From the NCBI GenBank assembly GCA_964621025.1, contig CAZUKQ010000002.1, positions 101,292 to 149,261 on the forward strand: DNA of 47,970 nt, in the 5' to 3' direction. The position numbers and the translations under genes are program-made. The notes beneath the pieces were generated by a model. The model saw only the letters and a program-made list of their open reading frames with translations, searched no databases and had not been told where the DNA came from. Shown here one piece after another: positions 18,338 to 27,125 of the stretch; the stretch's first letter is position 1, and each line of letters begins with the position of its first letter. This stretch comes from Candidatus Woesearchaeota archaeon (GTDB lineage: Archaea > Nanobdellota > Nanobdellia > Pacearchaeales > GW2011-AR1).

Positions 18338-19710
18338 TGAAACAAATAAACCTTTTTTTGACTTTTTTATTTTTTCTGTTTGCTATTAACAGTGTTAGTG
18401 CGGTAATAGTAACTTATGAATTACCTACCCCAAATAATAGTTCAAATGTTTGTTCAAATAATGTTCTTTTCAATTCTTCCGTTAGTTTGGTTACAGAAGA
18501 GGTCTTAGATTTTTCTTTTAACTTAGATGAAGAAGAAAGTTTGTATTGTAGTGACACTGGAAATAATATCGCGAATAGGTCTACTTGTCTGTTTAGCATT
18601 ACTAATTTTGGGATGCATAAAGCTCGTGCAGAAGTTTATTACACTAAGGCTAAAGAAATAAACTATGACTCAAATCTAACTAAAGGAAAAAACGGAGGAA
18701 ACACTTGGAATTTGACAGCTGGTTTTATGAGTGCAAGTTATAACCTAAACGTTCTTGAAGATAACAACATTTCCACTTTTTATGGTCTCTCTGGAAGTAA
18801 CTTGTCTGAATTAATTTTTAATTTTTCACTTACCAATATAAGTTCTGTAGAGATATATTGGCAACCTGCCCCACCAAGTAAAACAACAAACATAACTGGA
18901 AATCCTGAAACATATTATTTCGGATATTGGAATGGATCTCAATGGATTTATCCAGTAGAATGGAATTCTTCTGAAAACTACCAAGAATTTAATAAATTTT
19001 ATAAAATTTCTTTGACTCAACCAGTAGAAACTACAAAAATAAAACTAATTAGAGAAGTATCAAGTTCAGGAATTGCTATCTCAGAATTAAGTGTTTTAAG
19101 TGCTGATAAGATGAATACAACTCTTATGGGGGAATGGAGATATTTCAATATGACAAATTCTTCTGAGGATATCTGTACTTCTCCTACTTTTGATTTTACA
19201 CCAGCTAACGTTGCAATAAATGTTGGGGAAAGTTTTAGTGTTGATTTTAATGCAACTGATGACTCTCCTTTAACTTGGTCTGTTAATGATACTAACTTCT
19301 TAATTGATGAAAATGGAACTGTGACAAATAATGTGACTCTTTCTGCAGGAATTTATTCAATTCTTGTAACAGTAACAGACGCCTTCAACAACTCCAATTC
19401 TAAAGTCTATGAATTAACTGTAAATACTGTAACTACTAGTTCAAGCAGAGGTGGTGGCGGTCGTTCAAGAACTATTGTTAACGAAACTATTGTACAGAAT
19501 GTAACTGCTCCTACTTCAAACGAAACTGTTAACTCAACAGTTAATGAAACTGCAACTGACAATGCTCCTAAAGGTTTCCTTCCTTTAACTGGTGCGTTTA
19601 TAGGTACAACAACTGGAAAGATTAGTGTTGGAATTATTTTATTCTTGATTGTTCTTGGCGGAGCTTATTGGTTCGTAGCTGCTAGAAGAAAGTTAGCTAA
19701 GAAGAAGTAA
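18337..19710 (+). CDS. Glycosylated surface protein with discoidin-like and Ig-like domains and an LPxTG-type C-terminal signal
   Basis: Signal peptide, ...IAISELSVLS discoidin-like segment, Asn-sequon-rich stalk, LPLTG + hydrophobic segment + ARRKLAKKK. Confidence 0.75.
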   Translation: MKQINLFLTFLFFLFAINSVSAVIVTYELPTPNNSSNVCSNNVLFNSSVSLVTEEVLDFSFNLDEEESLYCSDTGNNIANRSTCLFSITNFGMHKARAEVYYTKAKEINYDSNLTKGKNGGNTWNLTAGFMSASYNLNVLEDNNISTFYGLSGSNLSELIFNFSLTNISSVEIYWQPAPPSKTTNITGNPETYYFGYWNGSQWIYPVEWNSSENYQEFNKFYKISLTQPVETTKIKLIREVSSSGIAISELSVLSADKMNTTLMGEWRYFNMTNSSEDICTSPTFDFTPANVAINVGESFSVDFNATDDSPLTWSVNDTNFLIDENGTVTNNVTLSAGIYSILVTVTDAFNNSNSKVYELTVNTVTTSSSRGGGGRSRTIVNETIVQNVTAPTSNETVNSTVNETATDNAPKGFLPLTGAFIGTTTGKISVGIILFLIVLGGAYWFVAARRKLAKKK

Positions 19711-20445
19711 TTATATTTCCCAAATTTTCCAAGATAATTCTGCCTGACATTTTAGCATTTCCATTCCATTAATTACTCTCGCTCCTAGTAATTTTCCTTT
19801 TTTAAGAAACTCAGTTTCAGAGGGGTTATAAATTAGATCAAAAAGAAGATGGTTTTTTGTTAAAAATTCGTAAGGAATCGGTGGAAAAGATTTTTCATTG
19901 GGGAACATTCCGAGAGGAGTTGTATTAATAATCATCTCACAGCCATTAATCAAATTTTTATCTAGTCCTTCATAACTAAGTTCGTTTCTTTTTGGATTTC
20001 TAGAAACAAATGAATAATTTATTTTATTTTTATTTAAAATAAAAGCTATAGACTTAGCAACACCCCCTGTGCCAAGAATTAAAACTTTTTTGTTAGTTAG
20101 TTTTAATTTTTTTAGAATCTTCTCAAAAGCTACAGCGTCTGTGTTGTAACCTTCTAAAATTAACTTTTCGCCACGAATTATTTTTATAACATTCACAGAA
20201 CCAATATGATTAGCTTCTTTTTCTATTCTGTCTAGATATTTTATAACTTCTTCTTTGTAAGGAATTGTAATATTCAGTCCGCAAAGTTCTTTTTTTGATA
20301 CTATTATTTTTCTTATTTGGGAAATATCATCTAGTTCAAATAATTCATAGAAATCTTTCTTGTTTTTTTCTTCAAAATAGTTTTTTGAAAATGAATGTTT
20401 TAGACTTTTTCCAACTAAACCAAACTCTCTTCTTATATTCCCCAT
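19711..20445 (-). CDS. aroE: Shikimate dehydrogenase
   Basis: GLNITIPYKEEV, NTDAVAF, Rossmann GTGGVAKSI. Confidence 0.85.
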   Translation of the reverse strand: MGNIRREFGLVGKSLKHSFSKNYFEEKNKKDFYELFELDDISQIRKIIVSKKELCGLNITIPYKEEVIKYLDRIEKEANHIGSVNVIKIIRGEKLILEGYNTDAVAFEKILKKLKLTNKKVLILGTGGVAKSIAFILNKNKINYSFVSRNPKRNELSYEGLDKNLINGCEMIINTTPLGMFPNEKSFPPIPYEFLTKNHLLFDLIYNPSETEFLKKGKLLGARVINGMEMLKCQAELSWKIWEI

Positions 20446-22163
20446 GTAGAATTAGCCTTTCTTTTTATCTCGGCAATTTCTTTCAGGACTGATTTCTCGT
20501 CGGAAGTTAGTAAATCTCGGCTTTCTTTGAACTTTCTAAACTGGAATTCAGAAAGATTTGAAAAAAGATATTCCCCAACTTTTAATTCTCTTTCAAAATT
20601 TACACCAGGTAGAGATATTGCAACTTCTTTTCCTTTGTCTGCCTGTTTCATTGTGTCTTTATTTTCTTGGATTGTTTTTACTCTTCCTATTTTTTTGTCA
20701 ATAGAATTTATCATCTCCAACTCTTGAGTTAAAACTCCTCCTTCAACTGAAACACCAAAGATTGCCGGGCTAGTATTTCTGAAAACAAAATCTAATATTT
20801 TTACTTTTACAATATTTGGCAAATCGTTCAATTTCTTTCGTTCAATTTCTTTCTGTTTATTTTGTTGCCATTTTTCATAGTCTTCAATTAATTTATATAC
20901 GACATCATGAGAAAGAATTTTGATTTTTCTCAGATCTTCAGCTTTTGCTTCTTCTGTTAAATCTGAATTAAAGCCTAAGATTACTCTATCTTCCTCTACT
21001 AATGAATTAGCGAAATATACATCTTTTTTGGTAATTGGACCTATGTCTGCTTTTATTACTTGAATTTGTCTTTGTTTCAGAAGTACCATCAATGCTTCCA
21101 AACTTCCAAGGGACTCTGCTTTGACAAAAATTCCTTTCTCATCAGTCTGTATTTCTTCAGAAATTTCTTTTGCAAATTCTTCTTTTATTTTCTCTAAATT
21201 ATCTTTTACAACAATAAAAGGCATGCCTGGTAAAATATCTTCTTTTGAAGTTATCTGCAATCTCATTCCAGTAGCTGCTCTTACTTCTGTTTGTGTTTTG
21301 AAACCTTTGTTTAATGGAAGAGCTTCCTGAATGTTTCTTATTCTAGTTAGGATTGGTTCACCGAAAGAGGCAATTGCAATTTCGTCATTTTCCTTCAATT
21401 CTCCGTCGTATAAAATAGCCTCCAAGAAATTCATAGATTTGTCTTTTTTAACTTCTAGAATAACTCCTTTGCCTTCTTTTTTCACATTTAGTCTATCTTT
21501 CAAGAATTTTTGTGATAGTGCAGACAACATAGCAAGAATTTCAGCGATACCTTCTCCACTTCTAGCAGAACAAGGAACTATTGCGACATTTTTTGTGAAG
21601 TCTGTAATTTTAAAATATAATTCTGCATCTATTCCGTATGAATTCAGTGCACCGATTATTGTGTAGAATTTCTCTTCGAAATTTTGACTAACATTTATTG
21701 CCTGTTTATTTATACTGTCTAAAACGAAACCAGAATCAGCTTTTTTCCAACCAGAAATATTATCTATTTTGTTTAGTGCAATTATGAAAGGTGTTTTATT
21801 TGATTTTAAAATTTTCAAAACTTCTTGTGTCTGGGGTTTTAGTCCTTCATTTACGTCGATAACTAGAATTGCAATGTCTGCCAAGCTTCCACCTCGCTTT
21901 CTTAAGTTTGTGAAAGCTGCGTGACCTGGTGTGTCGATGAATAAGAATCCAGGAATTTCTAAAGGAATCTTAAATTTTTCTAGAATTTCTCCGGCTCTTT
22001 CAATTACCTTATCTTTTGGAAGAGTTGTGAATGAAATTTTTTGTGTAATTCCTCCAGCTTCGCCAGTTTGAATAGAAGTTCCTCTAAGTTTGTCAAGAAT
22101 ACTTGTTTTTCCGTGGTCTACGTGACCTGCTACCGTAACAATTGGTTGTCTGATGGTTTCCAT
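20433..22163 (-). CDS. infB: Translation initiation factor aIF5B (IF-2)
   Basis: GHVDHGKTSILD, DTPGHAAF, NKID; archaeal length (576 aa). Confidence 0.95.
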   Translation of the reverse strand: METIRQPIVTVAGHVDHGKTSILDKLRGTSIQTGEAGGITQKISFTTLPKDKVIERAGEILEKFKIPLEIPGFLFIDTPGHAAFTNLRKRGGSLADIAILVIDVNEGLKPQTQEVLKILKSNKTPFIIALNKIDNISGWKKADSGFVLDSINKQAINVSQNFEEKFYTIIGALNSYGIDAELYFKITDFTKNVAIVPCSARSGEGIAEILAMLSALSQKFLKDRLNVKKEGKGVILEVKKDKSMNFLEAILYDGELKENDEIAIASFGEPILTRIRNIQEALPLNKGFKTQTEVRAATGMRLQITSKEDILPGMPFIVVKDNLEKIKEEFAKEISEEIQTDEKGIFVKAESLGSLEALMVLLKQRQIQVIKADIGPITKKDVYFANSLVEEDRVILGFNSDLTEEAKAEDLRKIKILSHDVVYKLIEDYEKWQQNKQKEIERKKLNDLPNIVKVKILDFVFRNTSPAIFGVSVEGGVLTQELEMINSIDKKIGRVKTIQENKDTMKQADKGKEVAISLPGVNFERELKVGEYLFSNLSEFQFRKFKESRDLLTSDEKSVLKEIAEIKRKANSTWGI

Positions 22164-22185
22164 TATTATTTAACAAAAGACATCT

Positions 22186-23997
22186 TTAAAGGTCTTTTCT
22201 TACCCCCTTATTTTCTAGTTTCTTATCTTCTGTTTTCTCTCTACTATATTTTGCCCACATATTTCCAAAATGAGGATTCTTTTTTAATTCCTCGAAAGTT
22301 CCTTGCCCAACTATTTTTCCCCTTGAGAATAGGTAGATATAATCAAATTTATCTAGCAAGTGTAGTCTGTGAATGGAAGAGATAATTGTTTTATCCTTAA
22401 ATTCCTCAAATAACTGCTCGTGTATTCTTAGTTCGTTTAAACTATCAACGCTACTGGTAGGTTCATCAAGCAATAAAATATTACTTTTGCTAGCTGCCAA
22501 GAAACCTCTTGCTAGAGCTAATCTTTGTTTTTCTCCACCAGATAAAGAAACTCCTTTTTCCATGACGCTTGTGTCCAACCCCTTAGGAAGTTTTTCTAAA
22601 ACAGGTTCTAGTTGAGCCATTTTAATTGCTCTTTTCAAATCATTTTCTCTAACATTCAAGTTTATTGTTACGTTATATCTAAACGTATTATTGAATATCT
22701 CTGGTTCTTGGGGAATAAGAGTAACTTCTTCCCTTATGCTTTCTGTTCCATGAGGTAGTAAATTTCCGTCACAATACACTTCTCCTTTTTCAGATTTGTA
22801 CAACCCCCTAATTAAGGAGAGAATAGTACTCTTTCCACTTCCACTTTCTCCAACTAAAGCAATTTTTTGACCTCTACTAAAATTGAAGTCAACATTATTC
22901 AACTGAGCATTTTTTCCGTCTTTATCGTATGTGAAAGAGATATTTTTCATTTCAACTTTTTTCCAGTCTTTAGGTAGTTTTCCATTTTCAATTTCTCCTA
23001 ATTTAGAGTACTCTTCATCTAAGGTATAAGCTCCTTCAATTTTTGCGTTTGAACGAATGATACTTCCATAAAGTTCGGCGAATCTATAATATGTTTCTCC
23101 TACTTTGCTCAAGTATCCATACAACATGTACAATGTACCAATCATTATTGTTCCTGTTAAACCGAATTCCGTATAGGCTTTATAGCTTAACACTATAACT
23201 ACCATGAACTGAATAGCGATACTTGCAAAACCCCATTTAACCTCGTTAATTACAGAGCTACTCTTGAAAGTTTTGTATGCTGCTGTCTGTTTGTTGTCTA
23301 ATTCTTTGGATACGGTTTTTCTTAATCTCAAAGTGATTATAGTCATAACATTACTTACATAATCAAAGAACGCGGATGAAAAGGCATTACTAAACTTGTT
23401 GAGCTCCTTATATTTTCCATTTAATTTTTTGTCTACTCTCGAGATTATGAATAAAGTTACTAAAGCGTAAATAAGAGCAAATAAACCTACTTGCCAATCA
23501 ATGATAAATAGAACTGCTAGAGAACCAAAGAAATTTATCAGAGTGTACGTAATCTGATAAGTCATATTTCCTGCAAAGTCTTCTAATGCGCCTGAAGCTC
23601 GATTTACCTTGTCGATAGTGTCTCCAGAATGATTGTCTTTATGCCACTTAATAGGTAACTTGAATATGATTCTCAACTTATCATTGATATAATTCTTTTT
23701 TACAAAAAACGAAGTAGTTGTTTCTAAAATTCTAGCAGTTCCGTGGAACGCCCAAAAAACAACCGTAATAACAAATAACAGAAATATTTTGAAGAGTAAG
23801 TTCATAAGCTGTTCGTGAGAAGTAATAATGTTCTGGATAGAATTAAAAATATTTCCTATGATGTATGGGAAAGCCAAATCAACAAGCCCAGCTATGATGA
23901 ACAAAGAAATGTAAAAGATAAAAAGACCTTTTTTCTTTCCCAAATAACCCCATTCTGTTATTAAAATATTAATCAAAGGATGTCTAGTTTTTTCCAT
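22186..23997 (-). CDS. ABC transporter, fused permease/ATPase (exporter type)
   Basis: N-terminal multi-TM domain. Walker A GESGSGKST, signature LSGGEKQR, Walker B LLLDEPTS. Confidence 0.9.
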   Translation of the reverse strand: MEKTRHPLINILITEWGYLGKKKGLFIFYISLFIIAGLVDLAFPYIIGNIFNSIQNIITSHEQLMNLLFKIFLLFVITVVFWAFHGTARILETTTSFFVKKNYINDKLRIIFKLPIKWHKDNHSGDTIDKVNRASGALEDFAGNMTYQITYTLINFFGSLAVLFIIDWQVGLFALIYALVTLFIISRVDKKLNGKYKELNKFSNAFSSAFFDYVSNVMTIITLRLRKTVSKELDNKQTAAYKTFKSSSVINEVKWGFASIAIQFMVVIVLSYKAYTEFGLTGTIMIGTLYMLYGYLSKVGETYYRFAELYGSIIRSNAKIEGAYTLDEEYSKLGEIENGKLPKDWKKVEMKNISFTYDKDGKNAQLNNVDFNFSRGQKIALVGESGSGKSTILSLIRGLYKSEKGEVYCDGNLLPHGTESIREEVTLIPQEPEIFNNTFRYNVTINLNVRENDLKRAIKMAQLEPVLEKLPKGLDTSVMEKGVSLSGGEKQRLALARGFLAASKSNILLLDEPTSSVDSLNELRIHEQLFEEFKDKTIISSIHRLHLLDKFDYIYLFSRGKIVGQGTFEELKKNPHFGNMWAKYSREKTEDKKLENKGVRKDL

Positions 23998-24019
23998 AAA
24001 AATAGGAGAATTCGGCGAG

Positions 24020-25663
24020 TTAAAAGTCTTTTCGTTTTATCTTATCAAGTGCCTGCTGAACTGTTTTGAAAATATCTTTTTCACTTACATGTTTTTTGAA
24101 TTCAGGATTTTGCATTAAATGTTCTTTTACACCTGGCCAAAACTCTGTGAAAATTACTCTCGACTTGTGTTTCTTTCTTGTTTTTATAAACTCTACAAGT
24201 TGAACAAGACCACTGCTATCGACGAAAGGAACGTGTTTCATTCTAAGGATGATTATTGGTCTCTCTAAGTACATATGTTCTGTTAACTTTTCTTCAAATA
24301 CGTTCATTGCTCCGAAAAAGAAAGGGCCATGAATTGTATAGACACTGACTCGGTCTTTTAGAAGAGGATTTGTGTTGATTATGCTATTTAATTCTCCTGT
24401 TGCATCATATTCTTCCATAGATTTTATATTTGTCACTTGTGTTAATTTTACGAAAACTAAGAAGAAGGCAAGTAACATTCCAACTTGAACTGCAAAAACC
24501 AGGTCTGTGAAAATTGTGAATAAGAAAGTTGTCAAAAGAATTATCGCTTCTTGTTTTCCCGTTTTTACTATAACCTTTATCTCATGTAGATTAAACATTC
24601 TTACAGATACTACCATCAAAACACCTGCTAGGAAAGCTTTTGGAATGTAAAATGCTAAAGGAGCTAAGAATAAGACTGTTAGAAGAAGAAATAGTCCGTG
24701 AATAATTCCTGCTGCTCTTGTTTTTGCACCTTCTCGAATGTTAACTGCGCTTCGTGCTATTGCTGCAGTACATGGAATTCCTCCAAAGAACGGCAAGACA
24801 AGGTTATTTACACCTTGAGAGATTAGTTCTTTGTCGCTTTTGTGTTTAGTATTAGTCATAGCGTCGCAGACTACTGCACATAATAATGCTTCGATTGCCC
24901 CCAACATTGCGATGGTAAATGAAGCAGGGAAGACGTTTTTTAGAAGTTCAAGGTTAAAATTTATCCAGCTAAAATGTGGAAATCCTCTTGCGATTGTTCC
25001 AACTACTGGAATGTTTAGGGCGAAAAAGAAAACTGCTAAGGATGACAGAACCAACATTATTACTGAAGGAGGAATATTCTTTGCAAACTTTGTTTTAGAT
25101 AAAAGTTTAGGTGAAAAAACCATAATCAAAATTGTTAGAAGAGTTATTGCAAGTGCTATATAATTTATCTTTGCAAAATCTACTATTATTTCAGAAATTG
25201 TTTCCCAAACGTGTTCTTTTGATGCAAGACTTAAACCTAGTGCGTTTGAAAGTTGCCCAATAAAAATGATTGCACCAATACCTGCCGTAAAACCTGTGAT
25301 AACTGGAAGAGGAATATATTTTACTAATTTTCCTAGTTTTATTAAACCGAAAATAACCTGTAAAAGTCCTGCTAAAAAACCAGCCAATAATAATCCTTCA
25401 ATTCCATATTTATTTACCGTCGACAAAATAATAACAGCCATTGCCCCTGTTGGACCGGTGATTGAAAAATTAGAACCTCCAATTGAAGAACCTAAAATAC
25501 CTGCGATGATTGCAGTGTAAAGACCCATAATTGGATCTACGCCAGAGGCAATCGCGAAAGCGATTGCAAGAGGTAATGCAACTACTGCAGTAATAAAACC
25601 GGCTTTAAAATCTGATAAAAAGTCCCTTTTGAAATAGTCAGACACTCTTTTTTTGTTCTCCAT
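24020..25663 (-). CDS. SulP-family anion transporter with C-terminal STAS domain
   Basis: Polytopic membrane core with FGGIPCTAAIARSAVN, plus a soluble C-terminal STAS-like domain. Confidence 0.9.
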   Translation of the reverse strand: MENKKRVSDYFKRDFLSDFKAGFITAVVALPLAIAFAIASGVDPIMGLYTAIIAGILGSSIGGSNFSITGPTGAMAVIILSTVNKYGIEGLLLAGFLAGLLQVIFGLIKLGKLVKYIPLPVITGFTAGIGAIIFIGQLSNALGLSLASKEHVWETISEIIVDFAKINYIALAITLLTILIMVFSPKLLSKTKFAKNIPPSVIMLVLSSLAVFFFALNIPVVGTIARGFPHFSWINFNLELLKNVFPASFTIAMLGAIEALLCAVVCDAMTNTKHKSDKELISQGVNNLVLPFFGGIPCTAAIARSAVNIREGAKTRAAGIIHGLFLLLTVLFLAPLAFYIPKAFLAGVLMVVSVRMFNLHEIKVIVKTGKQEAIILLTTFLFTIFTDLVFAVQVGMLLAFFLVFVKLTQVTNIKSMEEYDATGELNSIINTNPLLKDRVSVYTIHGPFFFGAMNVFEEKLTEHMYLERPIIILRMKHVPFVDSSGLVQLVEFIKTRKKHKSRVIFTEFWPGVKEHLMQNPEFKKHVSEKDIFKTVQQALDKIKRKDF

Positions 25664-25699
25664 AAGTCACGTTGATAAACCCTATTTAAAAATTTATTT

Positions 25700-25721
25700 G
25701 AAACAGTTTTTAAACTGTTTC
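25700..25721. promoter_or_regulatory. Perfect 22-bp palindrome GAAACAGTTTTTAAACTGTTTC enclosing the TATA box of the PLD gene
   Basis: The 10-bp arms are exact reverse complements. The central TTTTTAAA is centred 25.5 nt upstream of the ATG at 25736. Confidence 0.5.
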
Positions 25722-25735
25722 AGCGTTAGTTTTAC

Positions 25736-26791
25736 ATGGAATCTGAAGAATATAAAATAATGAACTCTCCGGAGCTTATTTACAAGCATATGATTGAAGA
25801 TGTTCGTAAAGCTAAGAAAGAGATATTATTAGAAACTTACATCTATGGTGACGATAAAATTGGAAGAGAGTTTAGAGATGAACTAACTAAAAAAGCGCTG
25901 GAAGGAGTGAAAGTTCGTGTGCTAGTCGATGCTTGGGGTTCCAATGTTAGAAAAAAGTTTTTTAGAAAATTAATCAATGCCGGAGGAAGAATTAGATTTT
26001 TTAGAAAGTTTAGACATGCTTGGAGAATCTTTACAGAAAATCATCGGCGAAATCATCGTAAACTTTTAATAATTGATAGAAAAATTTCTTACATAGGTTC
26101 TATTAATATTACGGCGAGTTGTTTGAAATGGGAAGAACTTGTAATTAGAATCAACAGTCCTCTGACAGTTCAACTTAGAAAATCCTTCGATAGAACTTGG
26201 AACAGATTTAACATACTTAGAATAAAAAGAATGAAGGGAATTTTTTATGAAGGTTTTGAGATTCTCCATGATTTTCCTTCTGGCAAGATGAGTTTTACTG
26301 GCAGAAAATATATCAAACTCATTTCAAAAGCTCAAAAAGAAATTTTGATAACTACTCCTTACTTTTTACCTTCACAGAGAATAAGAAAAGCCTTAAGAAA
26401 TGCGGCTAAACGAGGTGTTGAAATTAAGATTCTTTTACCAAAAACTTCCGACGTAAAAATCTTAGATCTTTTCAGAAATAGATATCTTAGAAAACTTTGT
26501 CAAAAAGGGATTGATGTTTATTATTATCCTAAAATTTTGCATTCTAAGCTTTTAATCATCGACGATAAATTTTTCCTAATGGGTTCTTCTAATTTGGATT
26601 ATAGAAGTTTTATGCATCAGTTTGAACTTAATCTTGTTGGAGGAGATGAAGGTTTAATTTCCGAGCTGAAAAAACATTTTTATCAAAATCTAAAGATCTC
26701 GGAACTTTCTCTTTGTGAAATTCACTATAAGCCTAGACTATTTACAAGATTGTTTGAAAAAATTCTTGAGCCGATTAGAGAATTCTTCTGA
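25736..26791 (+). CDS. Phospholipase D / cardiolipin synthase-like protein (two HKD motifs)
   Basis: HRKLLIIDRKISYIGSINI and HSKLLIIDDKFFLMGSSNL. Confidence 0.85.
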   Translation: MESEEYKIMNSPELIYKHMIEDVRKAKKEILLETYIYGDDKIGREFRDELTKKALEGVKVRVLVDAWGSNVRKKFFRKLINAGGRIRFFRKFRHAWRIFTENHRRNHRKLLIIDRKISYIGSINITASCLKWEELVIRINSPLTVQLRKSFDRTWNRFNILRIKRMKGIFYEGFEILHDFPSGKMSFTGRKYIKLISKAQKEILITTPYFLPSQRIRKALRNAAKRGVEIKILLPKTSDVKILDLFRNRYLRKLCQKGIDVYYYPKILHSKLLIIDDKFFLMGSSNLDYRSFMHQFELNLVGGDEGLISELKKHFYQNLKISELSLCEIHYKPRLFTRLFEKILEPIREFF

Positions 26792-26827
26792 GGATTAATT
26801 TTTAAAGGGTTTTTGCCTTAGTTTAGT

Positions 26828-27076
26828 ATGAACTTAGAAGACTATAACTTGGAAATGGAAAGCACAATTGCTAAGATTAAGAAAAGCAAGGCAAAGACAG
26901 TTTTACTTCAGTTTCCAGATGGAATGAAGCCGAATGCAACGGAGATTGCTGCGAAGATAGAAAAAGAAACTGGAAAAGAAATAAGAATCTGGCTTGGAAG
27001 TTGTTTCGGTGCTTGTGATATTCCTAATTCTGAATCTGAATTGTTAGTTCAGTTTGGTCATGCGCCTTGGGACTAG
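26828..27076 (+). pseudogene. dph2: Truncated diphthamide synthase Dph2 (N-terminal ~82 codons only)
   Basis: AKTVLLQFPDGMK...GSCFGACD...LLVQFGHAPW aligns with the N-terminus of archaeal Dph2 (~330 aa). The frame ends at TAG 27074-27076, and an unrelated gene starts 50 nt later. Confidence 0.5.
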
Positions 27077-27125
27077 AAACCAGTTTCTTCTTAAAGTTTA
27101 TAAAGTGTTTTTCACAAGAGATTTT

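Noticed and set aside
20527-21666. Several plus-strand ORFs (66-111 aa) inside infB
   Set aside because: They are antisense shadows of the conserved aIF5B gene, with Ser/Phe/Ile-rich low-complexity products.
24831-25520. Plus-strand ORFs of 110 and 84 aa inside the SulP gene
   Set aside because: They are antisense to a well-supported polytopic transporter frame.
27054-27125. Upstream extension of the Trx-CcdA ORF overlapping the dph2 remnant
   Set aside because: The signal peptide begins at the ATG at 27126, and a TTTATAAA box sits 25.5 nt upstream of that ATG, inside the supposed extension.
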